From an uncultured virus (IMG/VR IMGVR_UViG_3300025400_000009) (lineage: Duplodnaviria; Heunggongvirae; Uroviricota; Caudoviricetes), in the IMG/VR virus record IMGVR_UViG_3300025400_000009: a DNA stretch of 64,000 nucleotides; one strand, 5' to 3'. Below, in pieces: positions 45,784 through 55,830 of the stretch. The number at the start of each line of letters is the position of its first letter. Positions within the stretch are counted from its first letter, which is position 1. The translations under genes and the position numbers were made by a program. Under the pieces are notes generated by a model. The model searched no databases and was not told the origin of the DNA. It was given only the letters and a program-made list of their open reading frames with translations.

Positions 45784-47186
45784 GTGGATTTTTTTATGAT
45801 GGGCAGATAAGACGATATCTTACACAGTTCATGCGGGCATTTAGTAACTTTGCCTATCAGGACGGCACAGGTACCTTGCATCAGGTTCCCGTTATCTATG
45901 GTGATCCTAATCGCCAAGCAGCACAGATGTTGAAGAAAAACTCCGAAAATACAATACCTTCGGCACCTTTCATTGCCTGCTATATCAAGGGTTTAGAATA
46001 CGATCAAACAAGACTACAAGATCCTACATTTGTTAGCAAGTTACAAATACGAGATAGGGCGGTAGATCCTGTTACGGGCCAGCTATTAAATACACAAGGC
46101 AGTGGATACACAGTCGAACGCATTATGCCCTGTCCCTACAAACTAACACTGGCAGCAGATATATGGGCAACAAACACCGAACAAAAACTGCAAATCCTTG
46201 AACAGATTACTGTATTGTTTAATCCTAGTCTTGAAATACAAACCACAGATAACTATGTTGATTGGACTAGTTTAACTGTTTTACAACTACAGCAATCAGT
46301 TTGGTCTAACAGACAAATACCTCAGGGTACAAATCAAGATATCGATATTGCCAACTTGACTTTTGTCACTCCTATATGGATCACTCCTCCTGCCAAGGTT
46401 AAAAAACTAGGTATCATTACCAAGATTATCAGTAACATATTTGCCGATGCCCCGGGCACTATTGCAGATAACTACAACAATCTAGATGCTGTATACCCTA
46501 CACTGGGCAATCAAGTAGGCACAGTAGTTACCACACCGGGTAACTTTGAACTTTTGGTATTAGATGGCGTTGCAACATTGTTAGTTAATGAAGAATCTAT
46601 AGCAGCATCAGGTGGTAATGTGGGTCGTGGTGCTAGTTGGTATTCTTTACTCGACTTGTATCCTGGGCAGTTTACCGCTAATCTAAGTCAAATAAGACTA
46701 ACAACACCTGCTGGCAATCAAATCGTGGCCTATATAAGTCTGAATCCCAACGACGATACACAAATGATACTGTCTTATGACATGGATACTAAGCCTAGCA
46801 ATACCACTATTACCACCGCAGTAGATAGTAGAGGTACAATAGATGCTATCATTAATCCAGAAACTTATGTACCGACGTATCCTGCACGAGGTGTTCGTTA
46901 TTTGATATTAGAAGGAATCAACGAAGTTCCTGAGTTTGGTACCATGGGCTATACAGGGCCTAAGGCTTGGAAAAATGCCGATCACAGTGATTTCCAAGCC
47001 GCTGCTAACGATATTATTCAATGGGACGGAAGCCGTTGGAATGTTATTTTCAATAGTCAAACTACCACAGCCGTTTATTATATAACTAATTCATATACAG
47101 GAATACAGTACATATGGGAGAACGGAGAATGGAGCAAGAGTTTCGAAGGAATTTACAGACCTCAGGACTGGAGCCTAGTGCTGTAA
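45784..47186 (+). CDS. gp15: Tail completion/sheath stabiliser (gp15-like); N-terminus requires a -1 shift at a T7 run
   Basis: FYDGQIRRY..QF.R.FS, VPV.YG, ERIMP.PY.L and QILEQI..LFNP motifs. The RBS-linked GTG 45784 is out of frame with the body; the first in-frame ATG is 45831. Confidence 0.8.
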
Positions 47187-47611
47187 ATCAAATCGTATGT
47201 AGTGGCGGTTTGTTTTTAGCCAAAGATACTCGACGATTTTTATTCCTACTACGCACACAAGGCAAGACTGCTGGCACTTGGGGATTAGTGGGCGGTAAGA
47301 AAGAACCCACAGATGCTACACCCTACGAAGCATTGAATAGAGAAATTCAAGAAGAAATAGGAAAGTCTCCTACAATCAAAAAGACTATTCCTTTAGAACT
47401 GTTTACCAGTAATGATCAAAACTTTCAATACAACACCTATGTGTTGATTGTAGATCGAGAGTTTATTCCTACCTTAAACGAAGAACATTCAGGATACGCT
47501 TGGTGTAGTTTTGATAACTGGCCAAAGCCACTACACCAAGGTGTTAAAAATAGTTTCAGTAATCGAGCAGTTCGTGCCAAGTTAGAACTGCTGCTAGATT
47601 TACTGGATTAG
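47114..47611 (+). CDS. Nudix hydrolase
   Basis: GTWGLVGGK.E......AL.REIQEEIG Nudix box and LNEEHSGYAW; exact start uncertain. Confidence 0.88.
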   Translation: MGERRMEQEFRRNLQTSGLEPSAVNQIVCSGGLFLAKDTRRFLFLLRTQGKTAGTWGLVGGKKEPTDATPYEALNREIQEEIGKSPTIKKTIPLELFTSNDQNFQYNTYVLIVDREFIPTLNEEHSGYAWCSFDNWPKPLHQGVKNSFSNRAVRAKLELLLDLLD

Positions 47612-48253
47612 TTCAGGACCAAATGCCCATGTGCCTAAGTGGCGCATTTCCATACTGAGTTGTGTATCTACTTTAACAGTATATCCTGCCTGTGCCATTT
47701 TTTGGCAAAAGATCATGTCCTCACCTAGGTGATCATTGCTTTCAGGCGTCCAACCAAACTCAAACCAAGGTTGAGCAATCTTGGAAAGAATAGCAGTTTT
47801 GACTAACATACATCCCATACCAATACCCTCGACAGACGCTAGTTCATCTTGAGGTTCAAATGGTAAGGGATTTTGCCAATCGCCGATAGTTTCATAGGCA
47901 ACACCTTTAGCGGGCAGTTGTCTACGGATATAGTTAGCGGCTACAACTGGTTCATTATGTGCCATTAATCTCAAGGCGGTGGTAGCAGGAAATACCATGT
48001 CGCTGTCTAACCATAACATATATTCAGCGCCAACTTTTTGTGCTTCAAGTCCTAGTCGTTCACGCTGTGTTAATAGTACTGTACTGGCATCCATGATAAC
48101 ATGAGTATCAATACCACTAGAAGTATTAAGTTTGACAAGCTCTGTTAAAGACTTAGCAAAGGCTGCATGAAGCATGTCACGGCATGGAACCAATACAGCC
48201 AACTTGCCTTTCTTCAGGCTCCATTTGCTAGATTCGAAAATGCTTTTTTTCAT
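47600..48253 (-). CDS. Glycosyltransferase family 2-like protein
   Basis: LWLDSDMVFP DXD motif, GMGCMLVK, PWF, GED..FC and HLG. Confidence 0.85.
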   Translation of the reverse strand: MKKSIFESSKWSLKKGKLAVLVPCRDMLHAAFAKSLTELVKLNTSSGIDTHVIMDASTVLLTQRERLGLEAQKVGAEYMLWLDSDMVFPATTALRLMAHNEPVVAANYIRRQLPAKGVAYETIGDWQNPLPFEPQDELASVEGIGMGCMLVKTAILSKIAQPWFEFGWTPESNDHLGEDMIFCQKMAQAGYTVKVDTQLSMEMRHLGTWAFGPELIQ

Positions 48254-48714
48254 GCGCCTGCAACATCATTACTCAATGTTTCGCCTTGGATTACCAACTC
48301 GTGAATACTGTTGATAATGTCCTGGGTTCGTTTAGATGCTAGAATGAAGTCGCTGGGACTTAACTTGCACATGATGTTCATGGTTTCAAATGAAACTCGA
48401 TCCTTGGTAAGAACTTCTAAAGCACTTTGACGGGCAATATTTTCAATGAACATTTGTTGAGCCATGTCATCGCTGTTACTCAACAGTTCTTCACACTCTT
48501 TTTGATCCAAATCATTGGCCAAATCTTCTAGGATTTTTAACTCCGCAGAGTCCGCATCGCTGATGCGTAGCAGTTGAATGCGTGATAAGAATGCCTTTAG
48601 CGTTTCTGGGTTTGATGTTCTATCACTGTATGTGATATTATCCAACTCCCATCGACTAGGACCTGTGGCTAAATCTAATAGTTTAGCAATGTTTAGTTTT
48701 GTTTTCTTTGTCAT
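48250..48714 (-). CDS. Hypothetical protein
   Basis: Helical protein; TTGACA-17-TAGCAT promoter upstream (48767-48739). Confidence 0.7.
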   Translation of the reverse strand: MTKKTKLNIAKLLDLATGPSRWELDNITYSDRTSNPETLKAFLSRIQLLRISDADSAELKILEDLANDLDQKECEELLSNSDDMAQQMFIENIARQSALEVLTKDRVSFETMNIMCKLSPSDFILASKRTQDIINSIHELVIQGETLSNDVAGA

Positions 48715-48774
48715 AGTGAACCTGCCTTTATACACTATATGCTAACATAGTGTTAAGATCGTGTCAACACTTTT

Positions 48775-48990
48775 TTAGATATTTCCGTAATATGTATACG
48801 GAGTAGTTTTACCACCAAAGGTAGCAGAGAATGAAATTTGAGTACCAGTTGCTTTGCCGCCGTAGCTATTACCTAATGTACCACTAAGTTTGATATTATC
48901 GCCGGCCAAGGTAGATGTAGTAGCATTTGAATACGCTACATATACACCTCCCATTGTTATCGCTGATCCGGTTGCTGGTAAAATTGACAC
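48775..48990 (-). CDS. Small fibre-associated protein
   Basis: LPATGSAITM...ISFSATFGG, like the N-terminal module of fibre-tip proteins; directly after the fibre gene; GGAG RBS. Confidence 0.65.
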   Translation of the reverse strand: MSILPATGSAITMGGVYVAYSNATTSTLAGDNIKLSGTLGNSYGGKATGTQISFSATFGGKTTPYTYYGNI

Positions 48991-49004
48991 AGTCTACTCC
49001 CGGT

Positions 49005-52000
49005 TTATTTATTAACCAAAGAGTTCACCAACGCCTTAAGTTGAGCGATTTGTTCTTGTTGTTCTTTAATGGCTTCTACTAGCAATGGTACGACCTTTTC
49101 ATATTGGACTGTTTTATAATTTTCTCCGGATTTGCTCAAACCATTCTCATCTGTATCAAATGGGGCAAGTTTAACCGCTTCTGGCAATACCGCTTCAACT
49201 TCGTCGGCAAATAATCCAACTATGTTTGAGTTTTTATCTTGTCCAAAAGTTACTGCTAAATCGTTTGGATTATAAAGTATACCATTTAACTTTAACACCT
49301 TACCTAATGCATTGTCAATAATTTTGATATTTTCCTTTAATCTACGATCTGAGAAAAATGCTGTAACTTCGCCTGTTACATTTAATGCACTAGCACTGGT
49401 CAAACTCATTCCTGTAGTCATAGTTACAGCACTACCGACTGCTACAGTTTGACTTGCACCTACATACCAGTTGTGTGTATTACCGGAAATAGTATAAGCG
49501 CCGCGGCTATTTGCCGCACTTGCAGCACTAAAGAAAGCACCTGCTGCTGCTGTACTTGGATAAACAGCATAACCCATTACAGGCCCACCACTGCTATATT
49601 CAGTTCCCCAGTTAGATATAGAACCACCACTTCCGTAATAGCCTTGTAAAATAATGCTTCCGTTGGTACTACTTCCAGATCCTGCTACAATACTACCGTT
49701 AACATTTAATCTGTTGGTAAAGCCAGTGTTCAACTGTGCTGATATGTTGTTTACATACAATGTACCACTAGCATCTACTAATAATCTTAAAGTACCACCA
49801 CTGTAAAAACCGTGTTCTCCCGCCGCAGTTTGACCTGCATTGTGCTTGAACATACTGTCGCCGCCGGCTACAGCAGCTTGTTTTTCAATGGTATAGTAGT
49901 TTGCTGCGTTGGCATTTAACTGTATCTTTAAACCTGTAGTATCTGTAAACGATAGTGGAGCACCTGGTGTACCAGTTCCAATCATTACATTACCGCTGGC
50001 AACATGTAATGTTGAGTTAGGAGTTGTTGTTCCAATACCCACTGAACCGCTAATAGGATTCAATAAAATGTTATTACCTTGGTTGTTTATTTGTAAAGGT
50101 TTACTATTCCAAGTTTGAACGTATGTATAACTAGAATCGCTACCTACAGTAAAATCACTAGCATTTGCATTACCTATGCTGAATACGTAAGTGGCATTAT
50201 TAGATACTGTGGCATTTGTACCACCAAGCACAGCTAATCTTGTAGCATAACTTGATGCATTTGTTAAACCAATGCCTACAACACCATTTTGATCAATACG
50301 AACTTTTTCTGTTGCAGCAGCATCTTGACTTGAAGTATAAAGCACCAAACCCATTTGTCTACCATAGACAGACGGACTAGCATCAAGATCGATACCGTAA
50401 ATACCAGCTGTACTTATACCACCAGATGACGAATAATCGACTGTGCGATTATTAAATGTAATACCTGTTCGAGCACCAGTTGCAACGTTAGCACCATTCG
50501 ACAATGCCTGCAATAAAATATGATTAAGTTGAGTACTGGTTGTTAATGTAGGGAAACGAATATCAAGTTGTGCATTTGAAGCTGTTGTTACACCAATACC
50601 GACAAAACCAGTACTGGCATTGAAGGTAAACGGTACACTAGTTGCTACTGTAGGAGTTTGATTAGATCCAGCAGCAGCAACACCTACTATATATTCAATT
50701 GCATTAGTGTTAGCAGTAGCATTGATCAATGTGCTTGGACCAGTAGTTCCTTGTGCGCCAGTTGATCCAGTAGTACCTTGAGCACCTGTAGTTCCCTGTG
50801 TTCCTGTGGTACCTTGTGATCCAGTAGTACCTGTAGTACCTTGTGATCCAGTAGTACCTGTAGTACCCTGTGTTCCTGTAGTTCCCTGTGTTCCTGTAGT
50901 TCCCTGTGAGCCTGTAGTACCTTGCGACCCTGTTGGTCCAGTAGTTGGCGGTTGGAACTGCAATGTGTTGGAAGTACCACTCATTGCCAGTGTCCAAGTT
51001 GCTGTTGTAGCATTGACGCTTGGGAATGTTAACGATACTGGATGGTTTAGAGTTATACCGCTTGCTAATGTTAATGTTGCTTGACTTGCAGGTTGGGTGA
51101 TTGCTACATTATTAAAACTTGTTGCCGTGGTAATACCATTAATGTACGCACCACCGTTGACACTGAATTTTTCACCCACTTGTCCGGATGTATAACCAAC
51201 TCCAACAAATGCGTTGGTGGTATCAGCATAGAAAGTACTGGTTGACCCTCTGCTCAACTGTATGCTAGAGTGAAAACCGGTTTGATTGACAACTCTAAAT
51301 CTTGCCCAGCCAGATGCTAGTGTATTAGCGCGACCTACATCAAGTAATATTTGACTGTCGCCGTTTGACACGCTGGCCAACAAGCCTGCTTCTGCATAAC
51401 TGTAACCAGTACTGTTGTTTGGACCAACAACTACCTGTGTTCCAAAGAATTGTAATGTGCCGCCGTCGCTGTTTGTGGTCTGACGAATCTGTGCGTTTGG
51501 TGCTAGACCAATACTGCCGTTAACCTGTAACAGTCCGTTTGCTTGTGCTGTGGACAGTCCAACTAAGATGTTACCACTGGCGTCAATACGCAGTTTTTCA
51601 GGGCCGCCGGCGCCTTGGTTGAATGTAAAAGCAGCACCTGAACTCCAAGCAATAGATGCTGTTGTGGTACTGCGAAGATACATTCCTGTAGCACTAGATG
51701 GAGTATTAGTATCGCCGACAACTAACGCTGTGGCACTCGCACCAGTGTGACTGACAACAAGTGTACCAAAAGTACCAGGTGAAGCTGTGTTAATACCAAC
51801 ACTACTGCCAGTATAAACAAATGTGCTTGTGCCGCTGAGTAAACCGCCAGTGCCAGCGTAAACAATTTGGTTAGCAGATAAATTTGTAGCATAGTGATTA
51901 GCAGCCTTAATACCAGATCCAGCGCTTCCGCCTACTACCCAGTTAGCAATACCATCATACGACAAACTAATGTAAGCAGTACTTGATGTAGCACCAATAT

Positions 52001-52559
52001 AAAGTCCACTGTTTGTGGCCAATACAGCAGTAGTAGACCCTGTGCTCAATACCAATGCGTTATCGCCGCTACTGATAACATTCTTATTAACAATGAACTG
52101 CGTGCCGTCAACATACAAATCGCCAGCGATGTAAGTAGTACCACCAATATTCAACTGACCAGTTGCTGGATTTACATAAAAACTACTAGTGGTATATTCT
52201 GTTTGAGCGCCGACGGCATTACTAGATGCTAGTACTGGATAGTAACTGGCGTTGGCTGTGGCTTGACTTAGACTTACTTGAGCACTAGAGCCACTGATAC
52301 TGCCGGCAGTTAAAGTACCACTAACAACCAAGTTGGTAGCAGTTAGTGTACCATTAACATAAGCCCCGCCGTTAACACTGAATTTAGAACCACTGTAAGC
52401 ACTGGTAACATTAACGTCTAACGCACCGGTGCTGTCTAATCTAAAATATTCTGTACCGTTAGCACTGAAAGTTATTGGCAGTGCGATAACGTTAAACGTA
52501 CCGGTTGTTATGGCTCCTGCGGAGTTTTCTATAAACGTTAAATTACTAGCAATAGACAT
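49005..52559 (-). CDS. Tail fibre protein with a collagen-like segment and C-terminal intramolecular chaperone (peptidase S74)
   Basis: Repeated G.VGIG fibre motifs, 23 Gly-X-Y triplets and [12 protein letters not shown]...[10 protein letters not shown]. Confidence 0.88.
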   Translation of the reverse strand: MSIASNLTFIENSAGAITTGTFNVIALPITFSANGTEYFRLDSTGALDVNVTSAYSGSKFSVNGGAYVNGTLTATNLVVSGTLTAGSISGSSAQVSLSQATANASYYPVLASSNAVGAQTEYTTSSFYVNPATGQLNIGGTTYIAGDLYVDGTQFIVNKNVISSGDNALVLSTGSTTAVLATNSGLYIGATSSTAYISLSYDGIANWVVGGSAGSGIKAANHYATNLSANQIVYAGTGGLLSGTSTFVYTGSSVGINTASPGTFGTLVVSHTGASATALVVGDTNTPSSATGMYLRSTTTASIAWSSGAAFTFNQGAGGPEKLRIDASGNILVGLSTAQANGLLQVNGSIGLAPNAQIRQTTNSDGGTLQFFGTQVVVGPNNSTGYSYAEAGLLASVSNGDSQILLDVGRANTLASGWARFRVVNQTGFHSSIQLSRGSTSTFYADTTNAFVGVGYTSGQVGEKFSVNGGAYINGITTATSFNNVAITQPASQATLTLASGITLNHPVSLTFPSVNATTATWTLAMSGTSNTLQFQPPTTGPTGSQGTTGSQGTTGTQGTTGTQGTTGTTGSQGTTGTTGSQGTTGTQGTTGAQGTTGSTGAQGTTGPSTLINATANTNAIEYIVGVAAAGSNQTPTVATSVPFTFNASTGFVGIGVTTASNAQLDIRFPTLTTSTQLNHILLQALSNGANVATGARTGITFNNRTVDYSSSGGISTAGIYGIDLDASPSVYGRQMGLVLYTSSQDAAATEKVRIDQNGVVGIGLTNASSYATRLAVLGGTNATVSNNATYVFSIGNANASDFTVGSDSSYTYVQTWNSKPLQINNQGNNILLNPISGSVGIGTTTPNSTLHVASGNVMIGTGTPGAPLSFTDTTGLKIQLNANAANYYTIEKQAAVAGGDSMFKHNAGQTAAGEHGFYSGGTLRLLVDASGTLYVNNISAQLNTGFTNRLNVNGSIVAGSGSSTNGSIILQGYYGSGGSISNWGTEYSSGGPVMGYAVYPSTAAAGAFFSAASAANSRGAYTISGNTHNWYVGASQTVAVGSAVTMTTGMSLTSASALNVTGEVTAFFSDRRLKENIKIIDNALGKVLKLNGILYNPNDLAVTFGQDKNSNIVGLFADEVEAVLPEAVKLAPFDTDENGLSKSGENYKTVQYEKVVPLLVEAIKEQQEQIAQLKALVNSLVNK
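50733..50939 (-). repeat. Collagen-like (Gly-X-Y)23 repeat
   Basis: [18 protein letters not shown] ... GAQ GTT GPS; 9/18-bp periodicity in the DNA. Confidence 0.92.
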
Positions 52560-52596
52560 CAGTGAATCCTAAATAGTAGTGTATTTATTAGAATAC

Positions 52597-55500
52597 TTAG
52601 GCTTGCGGCTCACCCCAACGTAGCGTTAAGTTGGCATAAATTGGATTACCAGAAGTCAAATATACGTTAATGAACAAGCAATCTGGTCCGTTTGGATAAC
52701 AATTTCTTGCACCGATAGGTGTATTAGTTAACTCTTTCAACAAACTCAGATCAAGTACGTCTCGCTCCTGTGGGCTACTAACGAATGAGAAAATAGTTTC
52801 TCCAGGTTGTGCAAACCCATTACGAGTAAATGCAATATTAGTACTACTAGCGATACTTTGTAGTGTATAGTTACTGATTGTAACTTGATTAGTTTGTGGA
52901 TTAATATATGTAACCACAGTGCCGCCAGTGATAGTAGCACCGTTATCTGTATTTTTACCACCAGCACTACTCAAATATACAGCATCACCCGGATTGATAC
53001 CCACTGTGCTATTCAATGTTATAATGTTGCTGTTAACAGGAGTAGTTCCGCTAGTTTGAAACACATTGGTTGCGGTATTATCGAATACAATACTTTGTCC
53101 TTGTGCCACTTGTGAAAAACTTGGTTGACCAGTTTGAAGGCCAGTGTTACCTAAACTTTGCCAGTTAATATTAGCAAAGTTGCTAGGGTAATTCTGCGGA
53201 TTTAAAATACCAGCAACGACCATGGCACAGTTAGTATTTGTAGAGCCGCCCGCTGTCACTTCCAACGCTTGCAATCTCATCTGCGCACGATTAATAAGAT
53301 CTCGCACCCCTAAGTCGCCTGGAATAGCGTTACTGACACTGGGCGCTAGTCTAATGGCAAATGTAGTAACTGGCACAGTACTAACTTGGATGTTTGGAAT
53401 AACATAGTTAAAAATATAGCCGCGGTCATCGTCAAATCCGCCGTCAGCTAGATATGCTGAACCCCAATGACTTAACTGCGGACTTGCAGTTTGACCAACT
53501 AAAATAACACCATTACCTGCACTGTGAACGGTAGCAGTACTACCAGTAAACTGGCGATTCTGACCAGCGGTAAACTGATTTAGTGTGTATGCACGAGTCA
53601 ACCCGTTTAATGTATTGGTTGCTGTGGTTATACTGGTATAGTTAATGATTTCTTGGTCAACCATAACATTACCTGCGTTAGGGAAAAAGGTAGTATCGCC
53701 GATAACCATACTAGTATCACTGGCTAACATAGCATTAGTTAATGTACTGTGGGCACCTTCGTTTAATACTTGATAACGCACAGGCATATTACCAGTACGT
53801 TGATAAGCTTCTGTATTAACGTTACTGTTTTTCATACGATGTACAATAATATAGTTGCCATCTGGACCACGAAGCATCCAATCAATAAAACCAGCACCAT
53901 ACCATGTCCATTGCAGGCCAATCATCTGCATCTTATTCACTTGCAAATTATATCCGCTGGGATTATAGATACCATTACTACCATCGCAACGATCCATATT
54001 CCATTGATTTTGTGGTATTATTTTATCTAATATTTTAACAATCTTGGCACCACTGGTACTTGTGGATCCACGGAATGGCGGATTAACAATAATTTGTGTA
54101 TCACTTTGTACACCTGTAACTACGTGTGTCATACCTTTAAGTACAATACGATCACCTGCTAAAAGCTGTTGAGTATAACGACTATTACCGCCTGTAATCA
54201 CGTGACTACCTACTGTGGCAGTTACTAATCCGATCAAATTAGCAGTACTAGTTCTCTGACCAATAGCCATTTGAATACCATCATATTGCCAAAATACACC
54301 GTTTTGATCGTCAAATGTACCAGCGCGAACTGTGGCTCCATACCAGTTTTGAATACTTAAAGTACCTGGCGCACCAATACTTGGATTGGTACTACCTAGT
54401 GTATTTGTTGCCAAAAACGACAATGAACGTTCGTCTACGATTGCAGTAACAGTATAAGTTCCGTTATATCCAGATGTAAGAATATTACTTAATACAACAA
54501 CTGCACCTATTTGAGCACCGTGGTCATTATCATCTAATACCACAGTAACAGTACTTCCTGGTGCAGTACCTGTAGCACTAATACTTCTAACATTATAGTT
54601 AGGAGCAAACAAGGCGCCTGTGTTATAGTTAATGGCTTTACCAGATTGGTAACGTAGATATTTCTTACTTTGACGAATAGCATCCATTCCTGGTGCAGGA
54701 CCGCCTGTACCTAACTGAACACCGCCGTCAAATGGTCTATGATAATAATAACTATCAGTTCTTGGATAAATGTAACCAGTAATGGTACCAGTGATATTAC
54801 CTACGTTACGAGCAGGATAGGTAAATGTGGTTGCACTGGGAACACTACTGATGTAAAATGGTCCTTGAGCAAGTTTGTTTAAGTTAGTTCCGTTATCACT
54901 AGTGACTAGAGTAATAATAGGATCTCCTGGCATAAAACCGTGAGGATCGGTAGAAGTAACTGTGATTGTGGCAGTAGTGGATGCGCCGCCGCCTGCAAAC
55001 GAAAATGTCACATTGGTTAAACTTGATCCAGTATAGAAACCACCTTTACGTATAACTGTGGATTGTTGACTAATCACTGTACCACTACTTGCACCAACTT
55101 GACCTTTGGCATAATAACTAAATTGAGTCGAACTTGTTACACTATCAACAATAAATGAACCACCTGCACGATCATAACTAGCCACTGTTTGCAACAATGC
55201 ATTAACTGTGATAGCGCTACCTGTAGTTAATCCATGAGGATAGTTTGTGTTAACTGTGATATAACTTTGAACACCTGCTTGTCCACCGCTGGCATAACTA
55301 GCATCTGATGTGACACTGGCAATACTTAAATCAGTACCTGGTACTTCATAGATACCGGGATATCCGCGTAGTTGACTCAATGACTGCCATTTAGTAGGTT
55401 GTTGTCCGTATTCAAAGTCAGCATCGATCATACTTTGTGGTTGACTTACACGAGTACGTTCCCAACCATCAGTACCCATAGCCCACGGACGGGTAATAAT

Positions 55501-55815
55501 TGCACCTTGTTGATTTTCTGTATAAATCTGCAATACATCACTACTACTCATACCAGTAGTGCTATAGGCTAATGTAATAGTTGTTACACCATCACTACGC
55601 ATTGCTTCTGTAGGAAATGCTGTAGTATTACCTCGGCTAAAACTAGTGGTTGTACCAGTATATCCGTTAGAGGCAAAATTATAAATTACGGTATTGCGAG
55701 TAACATTTGTAATAACCAGTAACTGATCTAATCTTACATTACCGGGAATTTGAATAGTGCCTGCCCCAGCTCCGCCTGGTGTAAAAATATATTGTCTTAC
55801 TAGCTGTTTTGCCAT
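52597..55815 (-). CDS. Large virion structural protein
   Basis: 1072 aa; RVSQPQSMIDADFEYG.QPTKW and RYQSGK motifs, beta-rich repeats; fibre context. Confidence 0.75.
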   Translation of the reverse strand: MAKQLVRQYIFTPGGAGAGTIQIPGNVRLDQLLVITNVTRNTVIYNFASNGYTGTTTSFSRGNTTAFPTEAMRSDGVTTITLAYSTTGMSSSDVLQIYTENQQGAIITRPWAMGTDGWERTRVSQPQSMIDADFEYGQQPTKWQSLSQLRGYPGIYEVPGTDLSIASVTSDASYASGGQAGVQSYITVNTNYPHGLTTGSAITVNALLQTVASYDRAGGSFIVDSVTSSTQFSYYAKGQVGASSGTVISQQSTVIRKGGFYTGSSLTNVTFSFAGGGASTTATITVTSTDPHGFMPGDPIITLVTSDNGTNLNKLAQGPFYISSVPSATTFTYPARNVGNITGTITGYIYPRTDSYYYHRPFDGGVQLGTGGPAPGMDAIRQSKKYLRYQSGKAINYNTGALFAPNYNVRSISATGTAPGSTVTVVLDDNDHGAQIGAVVVLSNILTSGYNGTYTVTAIVDERSLSFLATNTLGSTNPSIGAPGTLSIQNWYGATVRAGTFDDQNGVFWQYDGIQMAIGQRTSTANLIGLVTATVGSHVITGGNSRYTQQLLAGDRIVLKGMTHVVTGVQSDTQIIVNPPFRGSTSTSGAKIVKILDKIIPQNQWNMDRCDGSNGIYNPSGYNLQVNKMQMIGLQWTWYGAGFIDWMLRGPDGNYIIVHRMKNSNVNTEAYQRTGNMPVRYQVLNEGAHSTLTNAMLASDTSMVIGDTTFFPNAGNVMVDQEIINYTSITTATNTLNGLTRAYTLNQFTAGQNRQFTGSTATVHSAGNGVILVGQTASPQLSHWGSAYLADGGFDDDRGYIFNYVIPNIQVSTVPVTTFAIRLAPSVSNAIPGDLGVRDLINRAQMRLQALEVTAGGSTNTNCAMVVAGILNPQNYPSNFANINWQSLGNTGLQTGQPSFSQVAQGQSIVFDNTATNVFQTSGTTPVNSNIITLNSTVGINPGDAVYLSSAGGKNTDNGATITGGTVVTYINPQTNQVTISNYTLQSIASSTNIAFTRNGFAQPGETIFSFVSSPQERDVLDLSLLKELTNTPIGARNCYPNGPDCLFINVYLTSGNPIYANLTLRWGEPQA

Positions 55816-55830
55816 TTTTATTTTTTCCTT

